From Gammaproteobacteria bacterium (GTDB lineage: Bacteria > Pseudomonadota > Gammaproteobacteria > UBA4575): a DNA stretch of 64,000 nt. A program made the translations under genes and the position numbers. The notes beneath the pieces are model-generated. The model saw only the letters and a list, made by a program, of their open reading frames with translations, had not been told where the DNA came from and ran no database searches. This document shows, one piece after another, positions 11,073 through 23,163 of the stretch (position 1 is the first letter of the stretch; every line of letters begins with the position of its first letter). The DNA is taken from assembly GCA_965222615.1 (NCBI GenBank), contig CBDCUI010000009.1, positions 832,001 through 896,000 of the forward strand, in the 5' to 3' direction.

Positions 11073-11682
11073 TTTTTACTTCCCTAATAAAGTGCTCCAT
11101 TTTAGCCAGGTCTTTTATCCCTTTGCTAGCCTCAATTCCACTACTGACATCCACCGCATAAGGCCGTACTACACGAATTGCCTCTGCCACATTCTCTGCG
11201 GTCAAACCTCCAGCAAGAATAATCGGCTTATTTTGGTTTTTTGGTACTTTAGACCATGCAAATGTCTCACCACTACCCCCCATTTGACCTGCAGCATGAC
11301 TATCTAAAACAAAACCTGTAGCAGATGAAAAATTTTCAAAATGATCGGCAACCCGAGAAACACTCTGCATAGGAATTGCCTTTAGATAGGGAATTTGAAA
11401 TTGCCTGCAAAATTTTTCATCTTCATCACCATGAAACTGTAAAAGATCTAGCCTTGCTTCCTTAAGTATGCTTTTGATCATTGCAGTTTCAGAATTCATA
11501 AATAACCCTACTTTAACTACAAAAGGTGGGATTTGTTCAATAATTTCACGTGCGTGTTCAAGTTCTAAATAGCGAGAACTTTCATTAACAAATACAAACC
11601 CCAGCGCATCTACTCCTAAACGAACGGCATTCTCTACGTCCTGCGTGTTAGTCATACCACAAAATTTAATACGTGTTTGCAT
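11065..11682 (-). CDS. trpF: Phosphoribosylanthranilate isomerase
   Basis: IKFCG, QFHGDE, LAGGL, DVSSGIE; likely start MQTRIK at 11682. Confidence 0.95.
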   Translation of the reverse strand: MQTRIKFCGMTNTQDVENAVRLGVDALGFVFVNESSRYLELEHAREIIEQIPPFVVKVGLFMNSETAMIKSILKEARLDLLQFHGDEDEKFCRQFQIPYLKAIPMQSVSRVADHFENFSSATGFVLDSHAAGQMGGSGETFAWSKVPKNQNKPIILAGGLTAENVAEAIRVVRPYAVDVSSGIEASKGIKDLAKMEHFIREVKNV

Positions 11683-11717
11683 GGTTACTTTATATATGTT
11701 TCCAACAACCTCGTTAA

Positions 11718-12500
11718 TCAAATTGCAAAAACTGGCCACCTGATTCTATTATTCAGCCCATATGTATCATCATACTGTACTTTAACCAGATATAAGCCTG
11801 ATGCTTGTGCAGTCACTCCACCCTGTGTACGGTCGCGATGCTCCAATATAGTGTTTGCCCAATCAATCGTTTGTTCCCCAGCACCAATCTCGATCAGCAC
11901 TCCGGCAATATTTCTAACCATGTGATGTAAAAAACCATCGGCATGTACATCTACAAAGATGAATTCACCTTGGCGTGTAACGGAAAGATCATGCACGGTT
12001 CGTATAGGACTTTTAGCTTGACAAGTTAACGCTCGGTAAGATGAAAAATCTTGTTCACCAATCAAGCACTGTGCAGCTTGTGACATATGTTCATGATTAA
12101 GTAGCTTATACACCCAGGTAACTTTTCCATAAAGTATGGCCGGACGTGTAGCTCGATTCAAAATTACATAGCGGTATCTTCTTGACGTTGCAGAAAACCT
12201 CGCGTGAAATTTTTCATCAACTTGTTTCGCCCAAAGAATAGAAATTGAGTCTGGCAAATACGTATTCGTCCCCATCACCCATGCTTTGTTATCTCGCATG
12301 ACCGAACAGTCAAAATGAACAATTTGCTCAGTTGCATGCACTGCGGTGTCGGTACGCCCCGCTGCATGAATTTGAATGGGCGTATTTGCAACTTTTGAAA
12401 CTGCTTCTTCTACCTTCTGTTGCACAGATAAGGCATGCGGTTGCCGTTGCCAACCATAGTAACGACTTCCGTCATATTCAATTCCAAGTGCAATACGCAT
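11718..12500 (-). CDS. truA: tRNA pseudouridine(38-40) synthase
   Basis: EYDGS, AGRTD catalytic Asp, FLHHMVRNI. Confidence 0.97.
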   Translation of the reverse strand: MRIALGIEYDGSRYYGWQRQPHALSVQQKVEEAVSKVANTPIQIHAAGRTDTAVHATEQIVHFDCSVMRDNKAWVMGTNTYLPDSISILWAKQVDEKFHARFSATSRRYRYVILNRATRPAILYGKVTWVYKLLNHEHMSQAAQCLIGEQDFSSYRALTCQAKSPIRTVHDLSVTRQGEFIFVDVHADGFLHHMVRNIAGVLIEIGAGEQTIDWANTILEHRDRTQGGVTAQASGLYLVKVQYDDTYGLNNRIRWPVFAI

Positions 12501-12615
12501 CGTTAATTAAAGACAGGGGATAGATGAAGTTTTATGCAAAAAGCATAAAACACAGGACATATATGTTTGGAGTGATCGCAGCGACTAGTTTGTTGTACTA
12601 CTGAATAACCAGAAT

Positions 12616-15600
12616 TTAAGCACCAAGTTTTTCCATCAGTTCTCTTGCTTCTTCAATCTGTGACTCATCGCCTTCGTTAATTACTTCCAACAGAGTTTCC
12701 TTCGCCGCATCTGCGTCACCCATATCGACAAATGCTTTAGCCAGATCTAATTTTGTACTAACTTCTTCGATTAATGAGGGTGGACCCAGCTCTTTTAGAT
12801 CTGTAGCAGTTTGCGCAACTGTAGCTTCAGCTGGATCTAAAAATTCTGTATCCAAATTACTTGAATCAAATTGTTCAGTTTCTTGTTGGTCCTGCATATA
12901 GGCAGCTGTAGCATCTGGGTCATCAAGGTTAGCCGCAGTATCTAGACCCACATCAAAGTCTTCATCAGTTTGTAATGCCACTGTGGTATCCAAACTTTCT
13001 TCATCCATTTCTAGTGGTTGAAGATCATCTACGGTTGTTTGCATGCTAACTTCTTCAAGCTCTTCCGTCATTTCTTCATCTAAGTTAAGTGAGTCATGAA
13101 TACCCGTTGCCTCATGTATACCCGTTGCGATCGATTCCAAATCGCTTTCGGTGTCTTTTAAATCTTCAATATTTTCAGCATCTGCTAAATCATCAACTTC
13201 AAAATTCAAAATGTCTGATGTTTCATTTGCCTCCATAATTTTACTGGCAACCGGGTCATCATCAAACGACTCCGTTACTTGCTCATCTATATTGAAGTCC
13301 AGGCCTTCATCATCATTACTAGTACTCGCATCTATGACGGTGTCTTCAAGATCATCATCTGATAATGTTTCATTAATTGCAGTTTGCAATCCAATGTCTA
13401 CATCTTCAGCATCTGATTTTTCGGCCAATGCATTTGCTGCAACTCCAATTGCTGCTGCTCCTGCAAATAATGCACTCGATGGAGCAAGTTCTTTACCCAT
13501 AGAAATTATGTTTTGCCAGTCACTACTGGACTCACCCAGTTGATCTTTTATCGACTCAGCATGTTTCTCAAAGGCTTCTTTGTCTTTAGCACTATAAAAG
13601 ACTTCAGCTAACTTAACTTTATAATCGTTACGATTTGGTTCCGCAGCGATTGCATCATTTAACAAATCTTGTGCTTGTTGATGCAAACCATAAGAAATGT
13701 ATACATCAGCCTCTTCCAAAACATCATCTGGAGTGCCTCCTTCCGCGGACATGGGTTCTGCTAATTCATCATCGCTACCTACTACATCAGCAGTTGATTC
13801 AAATGCTACCTCTTCAATCGACTCAGCAGCCTCTACTGGAGCATCAGTTGGTGTGATAATGGTTTCATCTAATATGTCATCATACTGATCATCCTCTAAG
13901 GGCTCTGGCATACCCATCGTCATGGTTTCAACTCGCTTAGCCGAACGCTTTTGTTTCCAAGCAAACATACCCAACAACACTGCAATAACAGCAAGTGCCG
14001 CAGCCCCGATACCGGAGTTCTCTCGAATCATAGACTTTATGGGGTCGAGAAAACCCATTAATTTAGCAACTAAGCCTTTTTCTTCTGTAACCGGCTCAGC
14101 TACTTCTACAGGTTGTTCTTTTGGTTGCGTGACTGTTTCAGTGGGCTTGACTTCTTCCGTAGGTGTTTCAGCTACTTGCGTCTCTTCACTTGGGGTTACT
14201 TCTCCAGGTAGTTCAATTTCAGGTAACGACTCCCAATCGGGCAAGGGTTCAAGTTTTGGCTTGGCAACAAGCGTCTCTTGGACCGTAGTTTCTTGTTCAG
14301 GTGATTCAATTTCTGGTAATGTTTCCCAATCAGGCAATGACTCTACTTCAGGTGGCTTAATCTCTTTAGGCTTAGGCTGCGTCACGGCTTGTTGTTCAGA
14401 TTTTGGTTTGGGTGCTTGACTTGAAGTTTTTTCTTGCAACTGCTTTTCGGCTTCAATGGCTTTGCTAGTCTCAGTGTCAAGCTGCTGTTTTAAATTATTG
14501 AGCTGATCGTTTTGAATATTGATGATTTTGTCTTTCTTTTCCAGCATTGATTCCAATGCTTCAACACGACTTTTTAGATCTTCATTTTCTTTTTCACGTG
14601 ATTGCACTAGTTCTTTTAAAGCTGCTTGATCTTTTTGAAGTTTTTCTAGTTCTTCACCACCTGCAACTTGCGTAGCCCCGGTATTAGTTGATTCACCGTC
14701 AGCGCCCGCCAGGATGTTTAACTCTTGTTTTGGCTGTGTAGACTCTTTTTCTTTTAAAACTTGTTTTGCTTCAGTTGCTGACTCCTTAGCTGAGTCCGCA
14801 GCTTCCTCTACTAAATCAGGTGCATCTACATTTACCGCACTCATCTTTTCTGTGACTTGACCACGATATTCACGCCACAAGCCATTTTGACGTGCTACCT
14901 CAGCCACAGCTTGACCACTTGATGTAGCTTCTGCATCTACTTCCTCGGGAATACGTAACACAACTCCTGACTTGAGGAGATTGATGTTGTTCTTGATAAA
15001 TGCATCCGGATTCGCTTGTTGAATCGCAAGCATCATTTGGTTTACGGTGACATCACGCGCCCCACGTGTAGCTTTGGCAATCGCAAATAAGGTATCCCCT
15101 TTAACCGTTGTATAACCACCCGCAGGAATACTACTTGCTCCCTCATCTTCTACAAAAGGTTCCATCGTTGGGATTTCTGTAGTAGTGCCTGTATCTTCTT
15201 CAATATCTTCAGCAATAATCACATCTTCTTCGACCGGCTCGGCTGCGACTTCCTGAGTTTCTACATCCACGGCTTCTTCGATCTCTTCAACCGTTGGTTC
15301 AGCTTCAACAATTTCTTCTACCTCAGTCTCTTCAGCGGTGACAACGGGTTCAGAATGATCAATACCAAGCTTTCGATCTATTTCAGCACGAATCGCTTCA
15401 AGATCTACTTCTTCTTGGGCTGGTGGTGCAACTTCTGGTTCAGCTGCAACAATTTCTTCTGCAGGAGGTTGTGAAATTGGTACTTCTGCAGCTACCGGTG
15501 TTGAAACCTGTGGAGCTTGCTGCTGTGCAAATTCAGGCGGGTCTAATAAAACCGTGTACTCGCGTAACAAACGACCTTTCGGCCAAGTAACCTCAACTAA

Positions 15601-15960
15601 AAACGTTAAGAATGGTTCACGAACTGGGTCTTTAGAAGTAACACGAATTGCGAGAGAGCCATTTGGTAGTGTTACCGGTACAAATTTAAGTTGTGTTAAA
15701 AAATATGGACGCGGTACACCGACGCGATCGAATACATCTGCAGGAGCTAATTCCACACGTAGCTCTTCTAATTCATCTGCACGTGCAGATATTAGATTAA
15801 TTCGGGCATCTAATGGTTGGTTCAATGCTGAATCCACATCGATCTCACCCAAACCCAAAGCAAACAAGTGCCCCGGAATTAGAAACAACAAACTGATAAA
15901 TAAAATATAAGAAGATCTACGCACCATTGTTGTGCTCCACCTTGTTTGCATTATTCGCAT
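12616..15960 (-). CDS. fimV: FimV/HubP polar landmark protein
   Basis: LGLGEIDVDSALNQPL N-terminus, LysM (KGDTLFAIA), coiled coil, TM helix, acidic region, TKLDLAKAFVDMGD C-terminus; between asd and truA; start may be slightly downstream. Confidence 0.93.
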   Translation of the reverse strand: MRIMQTRWSTTMVRRSSYILFISLLFLIPGHLFALGLGEIDVDSALNQPLDARINLISARADELEELRVELAPADVFDRVGVPRPYFLTQLKFVPVTLPNGSLAIRVTSKDPVREPFLTFLVEVTWPKGRLLREYTVLLDPPEFAQQQAPQVSTPVAAEVPISQPPAEEIVAAEPEVAPPAQEEVDLEAIRAEIDRKLGIDHSEPVVTAEETEVEEIVEAEPTVEEIEEAVDVETQEVAAEPVEEDVIIAEDIEEDTGTTTEIPTMEPFVEDEGASSIPAGGYTTVKGDTLFAIAKATRGARDVTVNQMMLAIQQANPDAFIKNNINLLKSGVVLRIPEEVDAEATSSGQAVAEVARQNGLWREYRGQVTEKMSAVNVDAPDLVEEAADSAKESATEAKQVLKEKESTQPKQELNILAGADGESTNTGATQVAGGEELEKLQKDQAALKELVQSREKENEDLKSRVEALESMLEKKDKIINIQNDQLNNLKQQLDTETSKAIEAEKQLQEKTSSQAPKPKSEQQAVTQPKPKEIKPPEVESLPDWETLPEIESPEQETTVQETLVAKPKLEPLPDWESLPEIELPGEVTPSEETQVAETPTEEVKPTETVTQPKEQPVEVAEPVTEEKGLVAKLMGFLDPIKSMIRENSGIGAAALAVIAVLLGMFAWKQKRSAKRVETMTMGMPEPLEDDQYDDILDETIITPTDAPVEAAESIEEVAFESTADVVGSDDELAEPMSAEGGTPDDVLEEADVYISYGLHQQAQDLLNDAIAAEPNRNDYKVKLAEVFYSAKDKEAFEKHAESIKDQLGESSSDWQNIISMGKELAPSSALFAGAAAIGVAANALAEKSDAEDVDIGLQTAINETLSDDDLEDTVIDASTSNDDEGLDFNIDEQVTESFDDDPVASKIMEANETSDILNFEVDDLADAENIEDLKDTESDLESIATGIHEATGIHDSLNLDEEMTEELEEVSMQTTVDDLQPLEMDEESLDTTVALQTDEDFDVGLDTAANLDDPDATAAYMQDQQETEQFDSSNLDTEFLDPAEATVAQTATDLKELGPPSLIEEVSTKLDLAKAFVDMGDADAAKETLLEVINEGDESQIEEARELMEKLGA

Positions 15961-16050
15961 TGGAAGTGTATGTGCCTATGTAATAGATGAGAATGAAAAT
16001 ACTTAGAAAATACCTTAGGTTACATAAGTAATTCACTAGCGAACTATAAA

Positions 16051-17070
16051 TTAAATATGGTTTTTTATCAAAATCTCAGCGATTTGGATGCTGTTTAAAG
16101 CCGCCCCTTTCCTTAAATTATCACTCACCACCCACATATTGAGTCCATTCGAGTGTGAGATGTCTTCACGAATTCGGCCTACATACACCGCATCTGTGCC
16201 TTCACCTTCTGTCACCGCAGTTGGGTATCCGCCATCTTTCTGTTCATCTATTACTTTAACTCCTGGTGCTACCTGTAAGATTTCTCTCGCTTGTTGCGCA
16301 GATAAACGTTCTTTTAGCTCAAGATGAACAGCTTCTGAGTGCCCGTATTTGACTGGTATTCGCACTGTGGTTGGATTAACCAAGATGGAACCATCCTCCA
16401 TAATTTTTTGGGTCTCCCACACCATTTTCATTTCTTCTTTGGTGTAGCCATTGTCCAAAAATACATCTATATGAGGCAGTGCATTAAACGCAATCTGTTT
16501 CGGATAAACGTCACATTTAAACGGTTTATTATTGATAATACTCTTGGTTTGCTGGTCCAGCTCTTCAATCGCTTCTTTACCTGTGCCGGATACCGCTTGA
16601 TAAGTTGCGACATTGACGCGGGTAATCCCCACCGCATCATGCAGTGGCTTTAGGGCGACTACCATTTGTATGGTGGAACAATTCGGATTGGCGATAATAC
16701 CGCGCGAGGTATAGTTAGCGACTTGATGGGGATTCACTTCAGGCACTACAAGCGGAATATCATCGTCGTAACGAAATTGCGAGGTGTTATCGACTACTAC
16801 GCAACCTTTCTCTGCTGCGATGGGAGCAAATTGCTTTGAAATACTTGCCCCGGGAGAAAACAAACCTATTTGTACTTTTGAGAAATCAAAACTAGCTAAG
16901 TCCTCAACCAAGAGCTCTTGTTCACCGTATGCGATTTTTTTGCCGACTGAACGCGAACTTGCTAAGGCATAGACATGGTCAACCGGAAATTTTCTTTGTG
17001 CGAGAATAGCAAGCATTTGCTCACCCACAGCACCGGTAGCACCTACTACTGCAACGTCATATTTTTTCAT
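16051..17070 (-). CDS. asd: Aspartate-semialdehyde dehydrogenase
   Basis: GATGAVG, NPNCST, DNLRKGAALN. Confidence 0.98.
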   Translation of the reverse strand: MKKYDVAVVGATGAVGEQMLAILAQRKFPVDHVYALASSRSVGKKIAYGEQELLVEDLASFDFSKVQIGLFSPGASISKQFAPIAAEKGCVVVDNTSQFRYDDDIPLVVPEVNPHQVANYTSRGIIANPNCSTIQMVVALKPLHDAVGITRVNVATYQAVSGTGKEAIEELDQQTKSIINNKPFKCDVYPKQIAFNALPHIDVFLDNGYTKEEMKMVWETQKIMEDGSILVNPTTVRIPVKYGHSEAVHLELKERLSAQQAREILQVAPGVKVIDEQKDGGYPTAVTEGEGTDAVYVGRIREDISHSNGLNMWVVSDNLRKGAALNSIQIAEILIKNHI

Positions 17071-17130
17071 GTATCAGTTATTAATATTAATTTTAATGTT
17101 AATTTAATTCGATCTATTTACTAACGAGGC

Positions 17131-18216
17131 TTAACTTGTAATTTGGCGCAATGCTGCAATAACCGCATCGCCCATCTCCTCAGTGCCTAATGATTTTTGT
17201 GTAGTGTCCGCTATATCTGCAGTACGTAGACCATCATCGATAACCTCTTCTACAGCTTGCTCTACTATAGAGGCGAGTTTAGCTTCATTTAAGCTGTAAC
17301 GAAGCATCATTGCGACCGACAAGATCGTTGCTAATGGATTGGCAAGATTCTTACCTGCAATATCTGGTGCGGACCCATGAATGGGTTCATACATGCCATT
17401 ATCTTCACTATTTAATGATGCCGAAGGCAACATGCCTATGGAGCCGGTTAGCATTGCAGCCGCATCGGAAAGGATATCGCCAAACATATTCCCGGTTAAT
17501 ATTACGTCAAACTGATTTGGGTCTTTTATTAATTGCATCGCTGCATTATCGACATACATATGACTTAATGTCACATTCGAATACTCTTGATGGATATCAT
17601 CTACTACCCTTCGCCATAGCTCAGATACCTCAAGCACATTGGCCTTATCAACTGAGCATAACTTTTTGCTACGTTTTTGTGCAATGCGAAACGCGACGCG
17701 GGCAATACGTGCAATCTCGTTTTCATCATAAACCAAGGTATTAAAACCTTGTTGAATTCCTGCTTGTAAAGTACGAATACCGCGTGGTTCACCAAAGTAA
17801 ATACCTCCTGTCAACTCCCGCACGATCATGATATTTAGGCCAGCCACTATTTCTGCTTTTAATGATGAAGCTTGGGCAAGTGATTTATACAAAATTGCTG
17901 GTCGCAAGTTAGCAAACAAATCAAGTTCTGCACGCAATTGCAGCAAACCTTTTTCTGGACGAAGCTCGCGATCTATCTTGTCGTATTTAGGCCCACCCAC
18001 CGCACCTAACAAAACTGCGTTCGAAGATTTAGCCAAATGCAAAGTTTCTTCAGGTAGCGGAGTCTTATTTTGGTCATAAGCAGCCCCGCCTACCAAGGCC
18101 TTTTCCATTTCCAGATTTAAACCACAATTTTGAACTAAAAAAGTAAGTACTTTGCTCGCTTGCGCAACGACTTCTGGCCCAATGCCATCACCAGGTAGTA
18201 ACAGAACCTTATTCAT
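17131..18216 (-). CDS. leuB: 3-isopropylmalate dehydrogenase
   Basis: [36 protein letters not shown]. Confidence 0.98.
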   Translation of the reverse strand: MNKVLLLPGDGIGPEVVAQASKVLTFLVQNCGLNLEMEKALVGGAAYDQNKTPLPEETLHLAKSSNAVLLGAVGGPKYDKIDRELRPEKGLLQLRAELDLFANLRPAILYKSLAQASSLKAEIVAGLNIMIVRELTGGIYFGEPRGIRTLQAGIQQGFNTLVYDENEIARIARVAFRIAQKRSKKLCSVDKANVLEVSELWRRVVDDIHQEYSNVTLSHMYVDNAAMQLIKDPNQFDVILTGNMFGDILSDAAAMLTGSIGMLPSASLNSEDNGMYEPIHGSAPDIAGKNLANPLATILSVAMMLRYSLNEAKLASIVEQAVEEVIDDGLRTADIADTTQKSLGTEEMGDAVIAALRQITS

Positions 18217-18249
18217 AATTATGCTTTTAGTTATTTTTTAGTTATGGGA

Positions 18250-18891
18250 TCAGTCAACCAATAACCAAGGACTGATATCTCTTAATCGCGACTCATAGTT
18301 TTTAATCTTGTCTGCATGTTGCAAAGTTAAATCAATTTCATCATAACCATTTAATATGCAATATTTACGAAATTCGTCAATTTCAAATACAAATGTGTTT
18401 TGATTTTCATCTTTAATCGTTTGTGATGCTAAATCTACCTCACATTGAAATGCGGGATTATCCTCCACTTGCGTAAACAAGTAATCCACTTCCTTTTTAC
18501 TTAATGTAATTGGTAACAAGCCATTTTTATAACTATTGCTGCAAAATATATCAGCGAAACTCGAAGCAATCACGACTTCAAATCCATAATCTAGAATAGA
18601 CCATACCGCGTGTTCGCGTGATGACCCACAACCAAAATTATCTCTGGCCAGCAATATCTTGGCATTTTTGTATTGATCTTGATTTAAAACAAACTCGGCA
18701 TTTAGTCCTCGTTGACTATGATCTTGCCCTAATATCCCTGGATCAAGATAACGCCAGTTATCAAATAAATTTACTCCAAAACCGGTGCGTTTGACTGACT
18801 TTAAATACTGCTGCGGAATTATTGCATCCGTGTCTACATTACTGCGATCCAACGGTAATAAACTAGAATTAAGTTTGGTAAACGACTTCAT
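18250..18891 (-). CDS. leuD: 3-isopropylmalate dehydratase small subunit
   Basis: NVDTDAIIP, NFGCGSSREHA. Confidence 0.97.
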   Translation of the reverse strand: MKSFTKLNSSLLPLDRSNVDTDAIIPQQYLKSVKRTGFGVNLFDNWRYLDPGILGQDHSQRGLNAEFVLNQDQYKNAKILLARDNFGCGSSREHAVWSILDYGFEVVIASSFADIFCSNSYKNGLLPITLSKKEVDYLFTQVEDNPAFQCEVDLASQTIKDENQNTFVFEIDEFRKYCILNGYDEIDLTLQHADKIKNYESRLRDISPWLLVD

Positions 18892-20279
18892 TATAAATAC
18901 TTCCTGACATCCACAAAATGGCCATGCACGGCTGCCGCAGCGGCCATGACCGGGCTAACTAAATGTGTTCTTCCGCCTTTGCCCTGACGACCTTCAAAAT
19001 TGCGGTTTGAAGTTGAAGCACAGCGTTCAGCAGGGGCTAATTGGTCCGCATTCATGCCTAGGCACATGGAACAGCCGGGTTCACGCCATTCAAAGCCTGC
19101 CGATTTAAATACTTGGTCTAAACCTTCTTGTTCTGCTTGTTGCTTAACCAAGCCAGAACCTGGAACCACCATAGCCAATTTTATATTGGATGCAATTTTC
19201 TGATCTTGAATAATATTTGCTGCTTCTCGTAAATCTTCAATACGCGAATTAGTGCACGAGCCAATAAATACCTTATCTATCTGAATCTCTTCGATGCTTT
19301 GTCCAGGCTGCAAACCCATGTATTCAAGTGCAAGCTGTTGGTCCTGGTTGACAGTTGCAGGCACCCTGCCATCGGCATCGACTACCATCTCAGGCGAAGT
19401 GCCCCAGGTCACTTGTGGTTTTAAACTACTGGCATCCAATTGCACTACGGCATCAAATTTAACATTTTCATCTGAATGCAAGTCGCGCCATTGCGCAACT
19501 GCCTGTTCCCAAAGTTTTCCATTTGGAGCAAAGGGTCGATTGGCAACGTATTCAATCGTCGCGTCATCGACTGCGATCATGCCCGCCCGACCTCCGGCTT
19601 CAATCGACATATTGCACATCGTCATACGCCCTTCAATAGAAAGTGAACCAATGGCACTACCGGCATACTCCATGGTGTGGCCCGTTGCACCTGCCGTACC
19701 TAATTTACCGATAATGGCGAGGATAATGTCTTTAGAAGTAACACCAGGGGATAGATTTCCATCCACTTGCACCAGCATGTTTTTAGACTTCTGCATCAAT
19801 AAGCATTGTGTTGCAAGCACATGTTCTACTTCAGAAGTGCCAATACCAAATGCCAATGCCCCCAATGCACCATGGGTAGAGGTGTGCGAGTCTCCACAAA
19901 CGATCGTCATACCTGGTAAGGAGGCACCTTGCTCAGGACCGATTACATGCACAATCCCCTGACGCACATCCAACATAGGAAACTGCGTAATGGAAAAGTC
20001 TTTACAGTTTTGATCTAAAGTATCAACTTGCGTTTTAGATATCGGATCATCAATACCTAAACTTCGATCGGTTGTGGGAACATTATGATCAGCAGTTGCC
20101 AAAATAGAATTGATTCGCCAAGGCTGTCGATTAGCCAAACGCAGCCCTTCAAAAGCTTGCGGCGAAGTAACTTCATGTACTAAATGACGATCGATGTATA
20201 ATAACGTCATACCATCATCGCGCTCATGCACGACATGGCTTTGCCATACTTTGTCATATAAAGTTTTAGCTTCCATCAT
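18891..20279 (-). CDS. leuC: 3-isopropylmalate dehydratase large subunit
   Basis: [32 protein letters not shown]. Confidence 0.98.
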   Translation of the reverse strand: MMEAKTLYDKVWQSHVVHERDDGMTLLYIDRHLVHEVTSPQAFEGLRLANRQPWRINSILATADHNVPTTDRSLGIDDPISKTQVDTLDQNCKDFSITQFPMLDVRQGIVHVIGPEQGASLPGMTIVCGDSHTSTHGALGALAFGIGTSEVEHVLATQCLLMQKSKNMLVQVDGNLSPGVTSKDIILAIIGKLGTAGATGHTMEYAGSAIGSLSIEGRMTMCNMSIEAGGRAGMIAVDDATIEYVANRPFAPNGKLWEQAVAQWRDLHSDENVKFDAVVQLDASSLKPQVTWGTSPEMVVDADGRVPATVNQDQQLALEYMGLQPGQSIEEIQIDKVFIGSCTNSRIEDLREAANIIQDQKIASNIKLAMVVPGSGLVKQQAEQEGLDQVFKSAGFEWREPGCSMCLGMNADQLAPAERCASTSNRNFEGRQGKGGRTHLVSPVMAAAAAVHGHFVDVRKYL

Positions 20280-20445
20280 CACTAAGAGTTAGGGCAATAG
20301 TTATTCGTTCACGCTTTATCTAAACGTGGTTCTGCAATCCAAAATGAATTGAATCAAGGCGATGGTGGCCACACACATTGTTAAATGCGAGATGGCCCTA
20401 TCGAACTCCTAAGTATACCCGCTTAACAAGCCCCTAGGCCAAAAC

Positions 20446-21546
20446 TTATACAGGTGTACTGGGGATATCTGGAATTGAGGACTGCACATCAACGTTTTGT
20501 GCGCACTGTCGAAGCACATGATCCATGAGCACAATCGCTAACATGGCTTCAGCTATGGGCACACCGCGAATCCCCACACACGGATCGTGTCGTCCGGTGG
20601 TAACAATTTCAGTTTCATTGCCATGCACATCTACAGTTTTACCTGGAACACGAATACTAGAAGTAGGTTTAAAGGCAACGCTGATTAATAGATCTTGACC
20701 AGAAGAGATCCCACCCAAGGTGCCTCCAGCATTATTGGAAAGAAAGCCTTGCAGAGTAATTTCATCTCGATGTTCACTGCCTTTTTGCGTAACGGAGTTA
20801 AACCCCGCACCAATTTCTACCGCCTTAACAGCATTGATGCTCATCATGGCATGCGCAATATCTGCATCAAGACGATCAAACACAGGTTCACCCAAGCCAA
20901 CTGGCACACTATTTGCGACGACATTGACACGCGCCCCAACTGAATCACCTTGTTTGCGCAATGCATCCATATAGTCTTCAAGTTCAGATACTTTATCTTC
21001 ATCAGGACAAAAAAATGGATTTTGTTCGACCACATTCCAGTCTTGATGCTCAATCTCAACAGGTCCAAGTTGCGCTAAGTAACCACGGATTTCAAGCCCA
21101 AATTTTTCACGTAAGTATTTTTTTGCAATTGCGCCTGCCGCCACACGCATTGCGGTTTCGCGTGCTGATGATCGACCTCCGCCACGATAATCTCTTAATC
21201 CATATTTTTTGTAATAGGTATAATCAGCATGCCCAGGACGAAATTTATCTTTGATGTCTGTGTAATCTTTAGAACGCGCATCTTGATTGTAAATAATAAG
21301 ACCTATTGGACAACCTGTCGTGATGCCTTCGAAAGTACCCGAGAGAATCTCTACTTCATCAGGCTCACGGCGCTGTGTCGTATGGCGTGATTTTCCAGGG
21401 CGCCTACGTTCAAGCTCCATTTGCAAATCCTCATTGGCAAGGGCCAAACCAGGCGGACAACCATCAACAATACAGCCAATGGCCTTGCCGTGACTTTCGC
21501 CAAATGAGCTCAGTGTAAAGATTTTTCCAATTGAGTTACCAGACAT
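20446..21546 (-). CDS. aroC: Chorismate synthase
   Basis: [28 protein letters not shown]. Confidence 0.98.
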   Translation of the reverse strand: MSGNSIGKIFTLSSFGESHGKAIGCIVDGCPPGLALANEDLQMELERRRPGKSRHTTQRREPDEVEILSGTFEGITTGCPIGLIIYNQDARSKDYTDIKDKFRPGHADYTYYKKYGLRDYRGGGRSSARETAMRVAAGAIAKKYLREKFGLEIRGYLAQLGPVEIEHQDWNVVEQNPFFCPDEDKVSELEDYMDALRKQGDSVGARVNVVANSVPVGLGEPVFDRLDADIAHAMMSINAVKAVEIGAGFNSVTQKGSEHRDEITLQGFLSNNAGGTLGGISSGQDLLISVAFKPTSSIRVPGKTVDVHGNETEIVTTGRHDPCVGIRGVPIAEAMLAIVLMDHVLRQCAQNVDVQSSIPDIPSTPV

Positions 21547-21621
21547 GTAGATATTGTAGCATTTTCATGAGCAAGACTATCTATTTTGCTCAATGTACTT
21601 CCAATTTTGCTATGAAATAAT

Positions 21622-22308
21622 ATGTTTATGAACTTCTTATTAGACAATATTAACGCAAAACAATCTGGCCGCACTACATTAATAATTTTGTTTAGTGTTG
21701 CAGCCTTTAGTTTCGGCATGCTTTTCTATTTTTTTGCAAATACAGATAAAAGACTTGCAAATTTAGATAACTTAAAACATGCAACCTCTTTATTAACGAA
21801 CTCACGTGCATTTCCCGACTTTACATTAACCGATCAGAACAATAATAAATTTACAAATAAAAATTTGACCAATACTTGGAGTTTTGTCTTCTTTGGGTTT
21901 ACTCATTGTCCTGATGTTTGCCCATTAACCCTCAGCACTATTGATAAAGTACTAAACAATCTAACTACCAATAATGAGATTTCTGCACAAGGTGTATTTA
22001 TATCTGTAGATCCAAAAAGAGATACCACGGGAGAACTTAATGACTACGTTAAACATTTTAACCAGGATATGATTGGTCTTACTGGCAACGACGAACAATT
22101 AAAAGAACTAACACGAAGTCTCGGCGTGGTATACACAACTCCAAGTGAAAACCAAGAGGGTGATTATTTAATTGACCATAGTGCACATATTTTTTTAATT
22201 GCACCCAATGGTAACCTTGCTGCCATCTTTAGTACGCCACATGAAACAAATACCATAACCGAAGACTTTAACATCTTAAATGCCTATTACACTTTACATG
22301 GAAGTTAG
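21622..22308 (+). CDS. SCO1/SenC family copper chaperone
   Basis: FGFTHCPDVCP (CxxxC), SVDPKRD, IDHS; N-terminal membrane anchor. Confidence 0.93.
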   Translation: MFMNFLLDNINAKQSGRTTLIILFSVAAFSFGMLFYFFANTDKRLANLDNLKHATSLLTNSRAFPDFTLTDQNNNKFTNKNLTNTWSFVFFGFTHCPDVCPLTLSTIDKVLNNLTTNNEISAQGVFISVDPKRDTTGELNDYVKHFNQDMIGLTGNDEQLKELTRSLGVVYTTPSENQEGDYLIDHSAHIFLIAPNGNLAAIFSTPHETNTITEDFNILNAYYTLHGS

Positions 22309-22311
22309 CTA

Positions 22312-23163
22312 TTGAATATTTGGAAACAGGTAAAGGGATTATTATTTCATTTATTTCCTCACCATCTTGTATCTCGCATTACTTTTTGGTTGACGAGATT
22401 AAAGACGCCTTTAAAAAATCCTGCGATTCGATGTTTTATTCACATCTTTGATGTAGATATGAGCGAAGCCATTCATCAAGACCCCCAAGCTTATGCTTCC
22501 TTTAATGAGTTTTTCACACGCAAATTGGTTGATGGAGCACGCCCGATTGCACTTGAGTTCAATTCAATTGCTTGTCCAGCAGATGGGAGAATTAGTCAAA
22601 TTACCAGTTATGAAAATGATCGCGTGGTACAAGCAAAGGGACAATATTTCTCGATGCAACAATTATTAGGCGGCGTTTTAGAATACGGATCATTATGTGA
22701 TAGCGGAAATTTTGTAACAGTTTACTTATCACCCAAAAATTATCATCGTGTACACATGCCTTATGATGGCATTTTAAAAGAGATGATTTATATTCCGGGT
22801 CGTTTATTCAGTGTTGCTCCGTATTCGGCAGAAGTAATCAAAGACTTATATAGTCGCAATGAAAGAGTCGCCTCTATTTTTGAAACCGATAGAGGATATA
22901 TGGCGGTTGTCATGGTAGGTGCCGTAAATGTATCTGCAATAGAAATAGCTTGGGAAGGTTTAGTCACTCCTTCTTCTGGAAAAACTATACAGAGAAAAAA
23001 ATATCATGACATAAAACTCAAGAAAGGCGAGGAACTTGGTATTTTTAACATGGGATCCACCGCTATCGTTGCTTTTGAATCAAACATAATTGAATGGCAC
23101 AAAAACTTAAAATTACAACAAGATGTTCAAGTTGGACAATCGTTAGGACAATTTGTCGATTAA
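22312..23163 (+). CDS. psd: Phosphatidylserine decarboxylase proenzyme
   Basis: FNEFFTRKL, YLSPKNYHRVH, FNMGST self-cleavage motif. Confidence 0.95.
   Translation: MNIWKQVKGLLFHLFPHHLVSRITFWLTRLKTPLKNPAIRCFIHIFDVDMSEAIHQDPQAYASFNEFFTRKLVDGARPIALEFNSIACPADGRISQITSYENDRVVQAKGQYFSMQQLLGGVLEYGSLCDSGNFVTVYLSPKNYHRVHMPYDGILKEMIYIPGRLFSVAPYSAEVIKDLYSRNERVASIFETDRGYMAVVMVGAVNVSAIEIAWEGLVTPSSGKTIQRKKYHDIKLKKGEELGIFNMGSTAIVAFESNIIEWHKNLKLQQDVQVGQSLGQFVD

Noticed and set aside
19294-19962. 222-aa ORF antisense to leuC, and similar antisense ORFs over fimV, parC, pyrG and pepA
   Set aside because: Shadow frames of conserved genes with no independent coding signal
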